A DNA stretch of 64,000 nucleotides from an uncultured Candidatus Saccharibacteria bacterium (lineage in GTDB: Bacteria; Patescibacteriota; Minisyncoccia; UBA6257; 2-01-FULL-56-20). Under the pieces are notes generated by a model, which was given only the letters and a program-made list of their open reading frames with translations, searched no databases and had not been told where the DNA came from. Position 1 is the first letter of the stretch. The number at the start of each line of letters is the position of its first letter. The stretch is from contig CAYLWL010000001.1 of assembly GCA_964387675.1 (NCBI GenBank), positions 1,099 to 65,098 on the forward strand, read 5' to 3'. Shown here in pieces: positions 1 to 10,063 of this stretch. Position numbers and translations under genes: made by a program.

Positions 1-332
1 ACTTTCCCGGTCTTGATGTATTCATCGCGAAGTTTCGGTTCGACTTGGGTGAAAAACTTTCCGCAGAACGGACACTGATAATCGCCGTATTCGATGAACG
101 CGACCGGCGCCTTCGGGTCTCCCAAAATAACGTCGCGGGAAGATATGTCTGTCGCGGCGCTTGCTCCGACATTCGCCAGCTGATTTTTGAGGTTTCCGAC
201 CGCGGCCGGAGCTGAATTCTTGTTTCCGACAAGATAGACAATCGAGCCGGAAATCATAATCCCGGCAACAAGAATGCTTGCGGGCAAAAAATAGTCGCGT
301 CGCTGGCCGGATGCTTCTTTCATCTCTTCCAT
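1..332 (-). CDS. DsbA/thioredoxin-fold protein with N-terminal membrane anchor (truncated by window edge)
   Basis: Manual translation MEEMKEASGQRRDYFLPASILVAGIMISGSIVY...LGDPKAPVAFIEYGDYQCPFCGKF shows a CxxC in the typical DsbA context. Confidence 0.85.
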   Translation of the reverse strand, partial: MEEMKEASGQRRDYFLPASILVAGIMISGSIVYLVGNKNSAPAAVGNLKNQLANVGASAATDISSRDVILGDPKAPVAFIEYGDYQCPFCGKFFTQVEPKLRDEYIKTGK

Positions 333-377
333 GTAAGTCAGTATATCAAAACGCTCGCGACGGTCAAGCGGCAAAAA

Positions 378-1028
378 TCATACATCCCGCAAGGCGCGGT
401 CGTTGGGAAACAGGTTTCCGGCAATCTTGAAAATTCCGTACGTAATGAACGGGGCCGCGAAAACGTCTATGGAATAGTGGGCGTGGGCCAAGAGCATTGT
501 CGCCGCGAAAAGAACGGTCGCGGCGCAGAAAAATCTTCGCCACAATTTTTCTTTCCAAAACAGCAGCATCATAAGAAAAGGGAAGCCGGTGTGGCCGGAA
601 AAAAAATAATTTCCCGGAAAAGTAAAAATACCCAAAAAGCCGCCGATGGTGCCGCCGGGATCGATCGAGGTATCGTTCGGATACACCCCGATATGGGTAA
701 GACTCATAAAGAAAGACCTGAAGATAATGAAGAGCGCGGACGCTTTCAGGCCGAAAAGCAAATACCGGGGACGAAGAACCATAAAAATGACGCAAAACGC
801 CCAAAAGAGAAACGCGACTGTCCCGATCATAAAATCCAAATTGACCACCGGCAGATTGTCCAAGAATATATCGCCGACGGAATTCGCGGAAAGGGCCTGT
901 TTTTCGGAATACTTGCCGACGCCGATCTGGATCACTAAGCTCAAAACGACAAGGAGGATGGCAAGGTAAAGCGAATGCTTGTGGCGCTCGGTCCAGAATC
1001 CTTTGTGTTCGGAAAATAAACTTCGCAT
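378..1028 (-). CDS. PAP2-related / sphingomyelin-synthase-like membrane protein
   Basis: Several TM helices with FFSGHT and HYSIDV catalytic-type motifs. Confidence 0.75.
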   Translation of the reverse strand: MRSLFSEHKGFWTERHKHSLYLAILLVVLSLVIQIGVGKYSEKQALSANSVGDIFLDNLPVVNLDFMIGTVAFLFWAFCVIFMVLRPRYLLFGLKASALFIIFRSFFMSLTHIGVYPNDTSIDPGGTIGGFLGIFTFPGNYFFSGHTGFPFLMMLLFWKEKLWRRFFCAATVLFAATMLLAHAHYSIDVFAAPFITYGIFKIAGNLFPNDRALRDV

Positions 1029-1076
1029 GTACGCTCATTATCTCACATCTCCCGCGGAAGTGATAGAATAAAGCAC

Positions 1077-1679
1077 ATGGCGACCTCAACCTTAGCGGCA
1101 GCGACACAGTGGGCGGTAAGCTACGGCTATCCGCTCATGTTTCTCGCGATGTTCGTCGAAGGACCCGCCGTTACCGCGATAGGAGCTTTCGCCGCCGCCT
1201 TAGGATACTTCGATATTCGGATTGTCTTCTTTCTATCCATTTTAGGAAGCTTGATTCCGGACGTGGCTTATTATGCGCTTGGTTTTTGGGGACGAAAAAA
1301 ATTAATAGATAAATACGGGCGCTATTTCGGCATCACCCCCGAACGCTCGGCCAAGGTTGAAAAACTCATAAACCAGAATGTCGGTAAAGCGCTCGCCTTC
1401 ATAAAACTCTTTCCGCTGATTGCCACGCCCGGCCTGATCATTGCCGGCGCAAGCCGCGTTGACCTTAAAAAATACGTTTGGTGGAGTTTGATTATCACCG
1501 TTCCGAGTTCCGGTTTCTTTCTCGTTCTCGGCTACTACTTCGGCGCGGCGTACGATAAGATCGTAAACTACCTTAACTACGGCGGCTATCTCGCGGCTCT
1601 GGCGCTCGTGATGTTCGTATTGATCTCCTATGTTTGGAAAAAGCTATCCGCGAAGTTCGCCGAAAAACTCGGCGAGTGA
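1077..1679 (+). CDS. DedA/SNARE-associated family membrane protein
   Basis: FLAMFVEGP, D-x3-Y-x2-G motif and hydrophobic profile. Confidence 0.8.
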   Translation: MATSTLAAATQWAVSYGYPLMFLAMFVEGPAVTAIGAFAAALGYFDIRIVFFLSILGSLIPDVAYYALGFWGRKKLIDKYGRYFGITPERSAKVEKLINQNVGKALAFIKLFPLIATPGLIIAGASRVDLKKYVWWSLIITVPSSGFFLVLGYYFGAAYDKIVNYLNYGGYLAALALVMFVLISYVWKKLSAKFAEKLGE

Positions 1680-1773
1680 TTCAGGTATCAAACGTTAGAT
1701 ACTGTGTATGTACTATGCGTTCATATTTCTTGACACTTGACGCCTGACGCCTGACACTTGACACAAAACCAAC

Positions 1774-2967
1774 ATGCGCATAGCAATTTTTTCAGACGTG
1801 TTTTATCCGGAACTGTCCGGAGTGTCGGACTCCGTCGTCTCTCTTTCAAAAGAGCTCGCCAAACAAGGCCACTTTATAAACTTTTACGTTCCGAGATATT
1901 CTCCGGAGGACTACAAGAAAGTCGGTGTGCCGGAAAAAGAACCCGACTTCGGCCAGAATATAAAAATCGTCCGCTTTTCTTCCATCCACATAAGCGCCGG
2001 CACCGGACAAGGGCGCGGTGTGATACCTTCTTTTTGGAGATGGCGCGAGGTAAAAAAATTCCGGCCGGACGTGATACACGCACAGCTCTTCTTCGGCGTG
2101 GGGCTTGAAGCCCTCATCGCCTCGCGAAGGATCGGAGTTCCTCTCATCGGCACGAACCACACCGCCGTCAAAGAATTTCTCCGCTACTCGCCCGTGAGGT
2201 CGGAAAGAACGGATCGTTGGATCCTTCAATATGTAAACTGGTACTACGGCAAATGTGTTCTCACAACCGCGCCGTCACAATCGGTGATTGACGAAATGGA
2301 GCGATACGGATTCAAAGGAAAAAGCGCCGTGCTTTCAAATCCAATTGATACGAACGTTTTCCGCCCTGCCGGCAATAAAACGGCGCTCAAGAAAAAATAC
2401 GGCTTGTCCGATTTCTGCCTGATGTACGCCGGCAGATTAGCGCCGGAGAAAAACGTGGACGTAATAATAAAGGCCTTGGCGCTCGCAAAAAAATCTATTC
2501 CCGAAGCACAACTTGCGATCGCCGGCACCGGCACCGAAGAGCAAAACCTTAAACACCTTGCCGGTTCTCTGGGCGTAGAAAAGTCCATAAAGTTTTTGGG
2601 ATTTCTCGACCACGCAAAACTTGCCGAGGCCTACAACGCCTCGGAGGCATTCGTTATGATGAGCACATCGGAAACCCAGGGCCTCGTAATGATGCAGGCA
2701 ATGGCTTGTGGCATTCCGGTGATAGGAGCGCGAGCAAGAGCGCTCCCGGAGTATATCAATACAGAAAACGGGATTTTGGTGGAACCGGATGATCACAAAA
2801 CGCTCGCCGAGAAAATAGTTTTTCTTCTTACCAACGATAATGTAAGAAAAAAACTTGGCGCGGGAGCGCGGGAATCGGTTCAGAAGTTTTCAGCGCCGGC
2901 TGTCGCCAAAGAATGGGAGCAAATTTACGAAAGGGCGATTGCGGACTACAATAGAAGTAATCGCTAA
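1774..2967 (+). CDS. Glycosyltransferase family 4 (GT-B)
   Basis: MRIAIFSDVFYPELSGV start, YAGRLAPEKN, SETQGLVMMQAMACG. Confidence 0.9.
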   Translation: MRIAIFSDVFYPELSGVSDSVVSLSKELAKQGHFINFYVPRYSPEDYKKVGVPEKEPDFGQNIKIVRFSSIHISAGTGQGRGVIPSFWRWREVKKFRPDVIHAQLFFGVGLEALIASRRIGVPLIGTNHTAVKEFLRYSPVRSERTDRWILQYVNWYYGKCVLTTAPSQSVIDEMERYGFKGKSAVLSNPIDTNVFRPAGNKTALKKKYGLSDFCLMYAGRLAPEKNVDVIIKALALAKKSIPEAQLAIAGTGTEEQNLKHLAGSLGVEKSIKFLGFLDHAKLAEAYNASEAFVMMSTSETQGLVMMQAMACGIPVIGARARALPEYINTENGILVEPDDHKTLAEKIVFLLTNDNVRKKLGAGARESVQKFSAPAVAKEWEQIYERAIADYNRSNR

Positions 2968-3067
2968 TAACGCGAATAACACGGGGTAATAATGCGAATA
3001 CAACAGGAAATTAAATTCGCGTTATTAAAATAAAAATTAGCATTATTCGCGATTACTCCATGAAACT
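2956..3067 (+). repeat. Palindromic repeat family A, copy 1 (about 110 bp, TAATAACGC/GAATAA subrepeats)
   Basis: A highly similar inverted copy lies at 63262-63372; imperfect terminal inverted repeats AGTAATCGC...GCGATTACT. Confidence 0.85.
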
Positions 3068-3956
3068 AAGCTTCGTCATCCCCGCCTACAATGAGGAGCG
3101 CCATATTGGTCTGTGTCTTGATTCTATTTTTAAAGAACTGCGCGGCACCTCGTACGATGTGGAGGTTATTGTCGTCAACAACGCCTCGACGGATCGAACG
3201 CGCGAGATCGCGGCGCGGTACAAGGAAGCAAGAATCGTTGACGAACCTCGAAAGGGCCTCGTCTGGGCCCGCCGCGCGGGTTTTTTGGCTTCAACCGGTG
3301 ATTTGATTGCCAACATTGACGCCGACACGATACTGCCGTCCGGCTGGCTCAAGAAAGCATTTGACGAGTTCGGTGAAAACCAGAAGCTTATTGCCCTGAG
3401 CGGACCGTACATTCTTTACGATTTGCCGCCGACGATAAACTTTTTCGTGAAAACTTTTTTCTTCCCCATTTCTTTTTTGGGATATATGGTCAACCGATTC
3501 ATATTACGGGGCGGATCGATGGTGCTGGGAGGCAACTACGTCATAAGAAAATGGGCGCTTCAAAAAATAGGCGGTTACAACACCGAAATCGGATTCTACG
3601 GCGAGGACGCGGACATCTCCCGGCGCGCGGCCAAGCTGGGACCGGTGAAGTTCACGTATAAATTTCCGATCTACACCTCCGGCCGGCGCATCGCGAAAGA
3701 GGGCGCTTTTACCATGGGGGTGAGATACGGCGCGAACTATCTTTCCATGATGATTTTCCAAAGACCGAAGACCAAAACGTATGTAGACGTGAGGATTGAA
3801 AACGGCGGAGAGAAGCTAAAGTATGAACCGGAAAATAAATCGAAGGAATGGACGATTGCCTCGATTACGATTATTATTCTCTTTGCGATCATCGCGGGGC
3901 TGGGATTCGGAGCGTATCGGCTTGGCATCGTGATCGCGCGGCTCTTGTTCCTTTGA
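3060..3956 (+). CDS. Glycosyltransferase family 2 with C-terminal TM helix
   Basis: SFVIPAYNEE, DAD motif, GED motif. Confidence 0.9.
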   Translation: MKLSFVIPAYNEERHIGLCLDSIFKELRGTSYDVEVIVVNNASTDRTREIAARYKEARIVDEPRKGLVWARRAGFLASTGDLIANIDADTILPSGWLKKAFDEFGENQKLIALSGPYILYDLPPTINFFVKTFFFPISFLGYMVNRFILRGGSMVLGGNYVIRKWALQKIGGYNTEIGFYGEDADISRRAAKLGPVKFTYKFPIYTSGRRIAKEGAFTMGVRYGANYLSMMIFQRPKTKTYVDVRIENGGEKLKYEPENKSKEWTIASITIIILFAIIAGLGFGAYRLGIVIARLLFL

Positions 3957-5293
3957 TGAATATCTTCAATAAATCGAAAATATTGATGCTCATAGCGGGC
4001 GACGTGATCGCTCTCTACTGCAGTTTGTTTTTGGCGCTCTTTATACGATACGGCGGTGATTTTTACGGCCAATTCGCCGAAAATCATGTTACTCCGTTCA
4101 CGGTCGTCTTTCTTCTGTGGATCGCTATTTTCTATATTTCCGGGCTCTATGACCTCCGCCGCCTCCGCAACAACTTGGAATTCCTGAAAACGCTGTGGCT
4201 TGCCCTTGTGGTTAACGCGGTCTTTGCCGTCTTTTTCTTCTACCTCGTCCCCGCGTTCGGCATCACCCCGAAAACAAATCTTTTTATCTTTATGGCCATC
4301 TTCGCCCTCTTCGAAACGTACTGGCGCAGGTTTTTTAATCGCGCCGTTTCTTCCGGAGAGGCGCCCTACAAAGTGCTCGCGGTCGGCAACGGCGACACCG
4401 CCAGGGAAATCTACGAATTCGTGAAGCAAAACCCCCAGCTGGGATATAAGATCGAAGAAAGCGTCAAAGAAGACGCGGTAGAATCAAATCCCAAAAAAAT
4501 TTACGAACTGGCAATTTCCAAAAAAATAAATTTGATCATCATCCCGCGGCATCTGAAAAGCAACCCCTTCTTAATCCGCGAACTCTACGGCCTGCTGAAC
4601 AAGGGCGTGGAGATCAGAGATCTGCCGAACTTTTACGAACTCACCCTGCGGAAGGTGCCCCTCGCGGACCTCGAAGAAGCGTGGTTCCTTGAAAATCTCG
4701 TTGGCCAGCAACGATTCTACGACCAGCTGAAACGGGCCGCCGAACTCCTCTTCGCGCTCGTTCTCGGGATAATACTCTTGCCCATCGAACTCATCATCGC
4801 CGCAATCATCAAGATTGCTTCGCCGGGGCCGCTCGTATATAAACAGATACGGACCGGAAAAAACGGCAGAGCATTTATGCTCTACAAGTTCCGGACAATG
4901 AAAATTGACGCAGAGAAAAACGGCGCAGAGTGGGCAAGCGAGAAAGATTCACGAGCCACCGCTTTCGGAAAGATTCTCCGCCACACGCATCTTGACGAGC
5001 TCCCCCAGCTTATTAACATCATAAAAGGAGACCTTTCTTTCGTCGGGCCGAGGCCGGAAAGACCGGAATTCGTGGCGCCGCTCAAAGAGCGAATTCCTTA
5101 TTACGAAGTGCGCCTCCTCGTAAAACCTGGGGTAACCGGATGGGCCCAGATCAGTTACCGTTACGGCGCCTCCGTCGAGGACGCCTACGAGAAACTGCAA
5201 TACGACATCTACTACATAAAAAATCGCTCGGTTATTTTCGACCTCACCATCATCTTGAGAACAATAAAAACGTTATTTACAGCGCCGAAATGA
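3956..5293 (+). CDS. Polyprenyl-phosphate glycosylphosphotransferase (initiating sugar transferase, WcaJ/WbaP type)
   Basis: KFRTM, LDELPQLINIIKGDLSFVGPRPERP, VKPGVTGWAQ; start placed at the TGATG overlap at 3956. Confidence 0.9.
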   Translation: MNIFNKSKILMLIAGDVIALYCSLFLALFIRYGGDFYGQFAENHVTPFTVVFLLWIAIFYISGLYDLRRLRNNLEFLKTLWLALVVNAVFAVFFFYLVPAFGITPKTNLFIFMAIFALFETYWRRFFNRAVSSGEAPYKVLAVGNGDTAREIYEFVKQNPQLGYKIEESVKEDAVESNPKKIYELAISKKINLIIIPRHLKSNPFLIRELYGLLNKGVEIRDLPNFYELTLRKVPLADLEEAWFLENLVGQQRFYDQLKRAAELLFALVLGIILLPIELIIAAIIKIASPGPLVYKQIRTGKNGRAFMLYKFRTMKIDAEKNGAEWASEKDSRATAFGKILRHTHLDELPQLINIIKGDLSFVGPRPERPEFVAPLKERIPYYEVRLLVKPGVTGWAQISYRYGASVEDAYEKLQYDIYYIKNRSVIFDLTIILRTIKTLFTAPK

Positions 5294-6210
5294 AAATACT
5301 TATAACGGGCGGCGCCGGCTTCATTGCTTCACACGTTGCCGATGCCTATATAAAATCGGGACATAAGGTTGTCGTTGTGGACAATCTCTTAACCGGCTTC
5401 AGAAAAAATGTGAATCCAGGGGCGAAGTTTTATAAAGCCGATATTCAGAACCTCCGGGTGATGGAAAAAATATTCAAAAAGGAACGGCCGGAGGTCGTGA
5501 ACCATCACGCCGCGATAGCCGAAGTGGTAAAATCCCTCCGCAACCCGATCCCCACGATGGAGACGAACGTTATCGGAACCACAAATTTGCTTGTTGCTTT
5601 CGGAAAATACGCGCGCGGTAAAAAGAAAAGGTTTCTTTTTTCGTCTACCGGAGGGGCGATTTACGGCGAACCGAAAAAGATCCCGGCCGACGAAAACACC
5701 CCCGCCGTTCCCCTTTCTCCGTATGGCCTCTCAAAACTGCTCGGCGAGGAAATCATAAAGTTCTACGCCCGCCAGTACGGCTTCGAATATCTCATATTCA
5801 GGTATCCGAACGTCTACGGCCCGAGGCAAAATCCGAAAGGCGAAGCCGGAGTCATCGCCATTTTCGGCTGGCTGATGAAGAACGGGAAAAAGCCGACGAT
5901 TTTCGGCGACGGCACGAAAGCCCGCGATTATATGCACGTGGGAGACATCGTGCGGGGAAATGTGGCGGCTCTCCGCAGAGGCAAAAACGAAATCGTAAAT
6001 CTTGGCTGGGGCAAGAAAGTGACTGATCGGATGATTTTCGACGCGATTGCCAAAAATGTCGGCTTCGAGGGCGGTCCTCGCTATGCCCCCTACCGGAAAG
6101 GAGAAGTGTATCAAATCGCGATAGACGCAAGAAAGGCGAAAAGAATCCTCGGCTGGAAACCGAAAATCACATTTACGGAAGGAATCAAACGAACGGTCGC
6201 GTCGTTATAG
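5290..6210 (+). CDS. NAD-dependent epimerase/dehydratase (UDP-glucose 4-epimerase-like)
   Basis: MKILITGGAGFIAS and YGLSK catalytic motif. Confidence 0.9.
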   Translation: MKILITGGAGFIASHVADAYIKSGHKVVVVDNLLTGFRKNVNPGAKFYKADIQNLRVMEKIFKKERPEVVNHHAAIAEVVKSLRNPIPTMETNVIGTTNLLVAFGKYARGKKKRFLFSSTGGAIYGEPKKIPADENTPAVPLSPYGLSKLLGEEIIKFYARQYGFEYLIFRYPNVYGPRQNPKGEAGVIAIFGWLMKNGKKPTIFGDGTKARDYMHVGDIVRGNVAALRRGKNEIVNLGWGKKVTDRMIFDAIAKNVGFEGGPRYAPYRKGEVYQIAIDARKAKRILGWKPKITFTEGIKRTVASL

Positions 6211-6211
6211 A

Positions 6212-6712
6212 TTACTTTCTTTTTCTCGTCGGGCTGGTTCTCGCAGCCAACGTTTTATATTTGTTCAAGAGCCAAGAACTGGATTGCACCTTGCCGCCAT
6301 CGCCGACGTTGTACACCATTCCGATGCCAAGCTTTTTGCATACCGCCACCTCGGGAACCGGATCGCCGTCGGGTTTCCGGTCGCCTCCGTTCGCAAACAC
6401 ATCCGGTTTCAAAGTCCGGAGTTCTCTCACCACGCTCATATCGGACGGGTTCGGCCCGTGGCCGCTCACCACCACACGATCCACGCCAGCAAGCGATTCG
6501 ATCACTTCTTTGCGCTCTTCCTGGGGCATAAAAGCATATCCCTTTTTCTTCTTTAACCAGTTATCATTATTTAATATGACCACCAGCTCATTCCCCAGTT
6601 TCTTGGCTCTTTTAAACAGGCGCACATGACCGACGTGCACGGGATCGAACCCACCGCTCACGGCCACCACCAACCTTTTTCTTTTTGCCGCTTTTCTACG
6701 CCGAGCAATCAT
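6212..6712 (-). CDS. Cytidylyltransferase-family nucleotidyltransferase
   Basis: SGGFDPVHVGH (HxGH), FANGGDR, KVQSSS. Confidence 0.85.
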   Translation of the reverse strand: MIARRRKAAKRKRLVVAVSGGFDPVHVGHVRLFKRAKKLGNELVVILNNDNWLKKKKGYAFMPQEERKEVIESLAGVDRVVVSGHGPNPSDMSVVRELRTLKPDVFANGGDRKPDGDPVPEVAVCKKLGIGMVYNVGDGGKVQSSSWLLNKYKTLAARTSPTRKRK

Positions 6713-6730
6713 TAACTTAATATACTATCT

Positions 6731-8251
6731 ATGTGGAACAACGTCAAGAAGCTTCTGTTTAAAAATACGTCAACTCGCCAAACCGTCGCCAAAAACACTT
6801 TTTGGCTCGCAGTGTCGAACGTGGGCGGACGGCTTACGCGCGCGGTCATCATCATCTACTCGGCGCGGGTTCTGGGAGCCGCCGAGTGGGGAATTTTTTC
6901 GTACGCCGTATCCCTTGTTGGATTTGTCTCGGTTTTCACCGACATCGGTATCAGCCCAATCCTCGTGCGAGAAACCGCGAAGTCACGAGAAGATCCCGAG
7001 AGGCAAAGAAAGATACTTTCCACCTCCTTCTATCTCAAAGTGTTTCTCCTCGCCCTCGGTGTCCTGGCCGTCATATTTATTGCCCCGCGCTTTATGTCGC
7101 TCGAAAGCCCGAGCGTCAGCACAGTTCTTGTTTTCGTCACATTCATCCTCGCCTTCGACACTATGCGCGAGTTCGGCTTCTCGCTGATCCGAGCGCTCGA
7201 AAAAATGGAGTGGGAAGCGGGTCTCTACCTTCTCACGAACCTCGCCATTGTCGTGACAGGATTCGCGGCGCTCTACCTCTCGCGATCAGTCGTATCCTTC
7301 ACCTTCGCGTACGCCCTCGGAACCGGCATTGGTATGATGGCAACAATCTTCATCCTTTGGACCACTTTTCGAGAAAAGATACGCGGCCTCTTCTTCAGCT
7401 TTTCCAAAAAACTCATGTGGTACGTTCTGGAATCGGCGTGGCCATTCGCCATTTCGAGTTTCTTGGGTGTCTTGCTGATCAATACCGACATTTTGATCAT
7501 CGGCTGGCTCCGCTCCGCGGAAGACGTGGGTCTCTATTCCGCCGGCCAACGGGTGGTCCAGTTATTGTATTTACTTCCTTCAATAATTAATACGAGCTTG
7601 CTACCCACGTTCTCGCGCCTCGCAGGGAAGGACGACCAGAAGTTGCGCTCGACGCTCGAAGGGGTATTGGCATTTGTTTTTCTCATCGCCATCCCCCTCT
7701 CCCTTGGCGGACTGATCTTAGGAAAAGAAATAATCGGCTTTCTCTTTGGAGGGGGCTATGTGAAAGCGGCGCTTCCGTTCCAGGTACTCATGCTCACCAT
7801 GCTTATCGATTTCCCCACCGTGATACTCTCAAGCATGATCTTCGCGTACGACAAGCAAAAAAATCTGATGATCTACTCCGCGATCGGTGGAGTTTCTAAT
7901 GTTATATTCGATCTGCTCTTTATCCCTCGATTCGGCATCGCGGGATCAGCCATTGCCACGTTATCCGCCCAGTTTTTGGGCCAAATCTACCTGAGGCACA
8001 CCGCCAAGAAAGTTAATTACTTCGTGATAGCTCCTCATCTCAAAAAAATCTTCACGGCCGCGGCGGTCATGATGCTTCCTTTACTGCTTCTCAAACTAGC
8101 CGGAGCGCACGTGCTCCTTACGATTGTCGTTTCCGCCGCGGTCTACCTCGGAGTATTGCTTTTCCTCAAAGAACCCATAGTCCGAGAGGCAAAACTCATC
8201 CTACGAGCAGGCGCTTCAGCCGCGCCAGAGGAAAGTGTATCGCTTTCTTGA
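6731..8251 (+). CDS. Wzx-type polysaccharide flippase
   Basis: About 14 TM segments; VAKNTFWL, TDIGI, VGLYSAG, LFIPRFGIAGSAIAT. Confidence 0.88.
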   Translation: MWNNVKKLLFKNTSTRQTVAKNTFWLAVSNVGGRLTRAVIIIYSARVLGAAEWGIFSYAVSLVGFVSVFTDIGISPILVRETAKSREDPERQRKILSTSFYLKVFLLALGVLAVIFIAPRFMSLESPSVSTVLVFVTFILAFDTMREFGFSLIRALEKMEWEAGLYLLTNLAIVVTGFAALYLSRSVVSFTFAYALGTGIGMMATIFILWTTFREKIRGLFFSFSKKLMWYVLESAWPFAISSFLGVLLINTDILIIGWLRSAEDVGLYSAGQRVVQLLYLLPSIINTSLLPTFSRLAGKDDQKLRSTLEGVLAFVFLIAIPLSLGGLILGKEIIGFLFGGGYVKAALPFQVLMLTMLIDFPTVILSSMIFAYDKQKNLMIYSAIGGVSNVIFDLLFIPRFGIAGSAIATLSAQFLGQIYLRHTAKKVNYFVIAPHLKKIFTAAAVMMLPLLLLKLAGAHVLLTIVVSAAVYLGVLLFLKEPIVREAKLILRAGASAAPEESVSLS

Positions 8252-9023
8252 TCCACCCCGGCAAAAAAGCATAGCAGTATTGCAGTTCGTTCAACGCGAG
8301 AGCCGGAAGATAGTGCGGATAACTTTTCCTGTACCGTTTCATGACCACGAGCGACGCCTTCAGGTGCGGCTTGATTTTGGCAATCGACGTATTCACATTG
8401 CTCATTGTGTAGTAAGAAAAATACTCCGGGAAGTTATACAATTTTCCAACGAGTCCCATCTTGAGCCAAAAGTCCCGGTCGCCGGAATATCGCGTTGTTT
8501 CATCGTACCGGCCAACCTGTTCGCCAACCGCTCGCCGGAAAACGGTGGTGCTGTTCGCTATCGGATTCCCGAAGAGCATCCTCTCTCTTATTTCTTTGTC
8601 GGTTTCCGGCTTCAGGTAACGATACAATTCTTTTCCGGCCTCATTTACGACGACAACGCCGCCGCCGCAACCAACGTACTCTGGATTTTTTTCTAAAAAA
8701 TCTATCTGTCTTTTTAACTTGTCTTTGCCTATCCAAGCGTCGTCGTCGTCGATCATCGCCACATATTCGCCTTTCGCGACGTTCAGTCCTTTGTTATAGT
8801 TTTTGGAAATGCCGTCGTTTGTTTCGCTTCTCACATACACGATCCTCGGCTCTCTCTTTTGCCATTCACGCACCACGATCGGCGTCTCGTCGGTTGAGCC
8901 GTCGTCGGCAATAATAAGCTCCCAATCGCCGAAGCTCTGCATACGCACAGATTCGATCGCCGGGCCAAGTTTTTTGGCGCGGTTCCAGGTCGCCAGAAGA
9001 ATACTTACTTGAGGATTCGTCAT
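8196..9023 (-). CDS. Glycosyltransferase family 2
   Basis: SILLATWNR, ADDGSTD, IDDDD. Confidence 0.9.
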   Translation of the reverse strand: MTNPQVSILLATWNRAKKLGPAIESVRMQSFGDWELIIADDGSTDETPIVVREWQKREPRIVYVRSETNDGISKNYNKGLNVAKGEYVAMIDDDDAWIGKDKLKRQIDFLEKNPEYVGCGGGVVVVNEAGKELYRYLKPETDKEIRERMLFGNPIANSTTVFRRAVGEQVGRYDETTRYSGDRDFWLKMGLVGKLYNFPEYFSYYTMSNVNTSIAKIKPHLKASLVVMKRYRKSYPHYLPALALNELQYCYAFLPGWIKKAIHFPLARLKRLLVG

Positions 9024-9051
9024 CCACTCAAAATAACAGGAAAAAAATCAT

Positions 9052-9080
9052 TTGACAATTCACCGATTATCCGCTACAAT
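9052..9080 (+). promoter_or_regulatory. Sigma70-type promoter
   Basis: TTGACA-17 bp-TACAAT upstream of the 9119 ORF. Confidence 0.65.
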
Positions 9081-9118
9081 CTAGCCAGCTGAATTCACTA
9101 CAATACTGGAGAATTTCG

Positions 9119-9958
9119 ATGGCTGGACAAGTTTCTCGTCTACCTCGTGGAATTGCGACGCTCTGCGGAGGCACGCGAACAACGTTGAAGACGGATCGAC
9201 CATGGCAAGTTCCACTCGCATATCCGAATCGTGGAAAATGCGGGCTTTGCAACAAAGACGACGAAAGTAAGCACATTCCCGGTCCCGGCTGGAAATCGTT
9301 CCAAAATGCGTTCACGCCCTACCCATACCACCGCATCCTCGTCCCCGACACGTGTTGGGAAAATGAAAAACTGCGGTCGCTTGGAGGGGCGGATACTATA
9401 CGCACGGCTTTGGGCTACGCACTCGCCGAAGTGAAACGAACGCGGATCGAGCCATTCCCGATCTGGATTTTCACCCACGTTGGCTACGGCTCTGGGCAGA
9501 ACTTTCCGCATCATCACTGGCATATTCTCGAGCCGGCCACAGAACCGGAAAGTTTTTTGACGGCCGACGACTTTAATCAAATGGAAGCGACGACCATCAG
9601 CGAATCCGAACACTTTTCTGCAGCACTTTGGGGAATTAAAGCGGGACAAACGTTCATCGTCCCAAAGTACGACACAAGCAAGTCCATGGGAGCGTCTTCT
9701 CTCTTTGGCGACGCGGAACTGCTCCGCGAGCTCGCTGAAGAAATGGGCGCGATTGTCGATCTCTTCAACCAAAAGTTCAACAGCCCCGATTACTGCCTCC
9801 ATCTTGATCTCAGTCACGAGTACGATTGGTTTGCCGTATACACGCCGATTCTCAACAACTGGGGCGGAACGGAATTTATCGCTCCGTATCGCGGGACGCC
9901 GTACACACTCCCCTGGCCGCATAAGATAACTGCCGCGTATTTGCGCGGAGAACCGTAG
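9119..9958 (+). CDS. GalT/HIT-superfamily-like protein
   Basis: CGLC, NAFTPYPYH and GSGQNFPHHHWH resemble the GalT/HIT GQxxxHxH motif. Confidence 0.55.
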   Translation: MAGQVSRLPRGIATLCGGTRTTLKTDRPWQVPLAYPNRGKCGLCNKDDESKHIPGPGWKSFQNAFTPYPYHRILVPDTCWENEKLRSLGGADTIRTALGYALAEVKRTRIEPFPIWIFTHVGYGSGQNFPHHHWHILEPATEPESFLTADDFNQMEATTISESEHFSAALWGIKAGQTFIVPKYDTSKSMGASSLFGDAELLRELAEEMGAIVDLFNQKFNSPDYCLHLDLSHEYDWFAVYTPILNNWGGTEFIAPYRGTPYTLPWPHKITAAYLRGEP

Positions 9959-10063
9959 AAAATGATTGCCGCTTCCGAAACCGGAAGCGGTGTTTTTATT
10001 GGACAATTTTCATTTTCCGGGCTAAAATACAGCTAGTAATTCAGATACAAACAGGGGGCGGCT

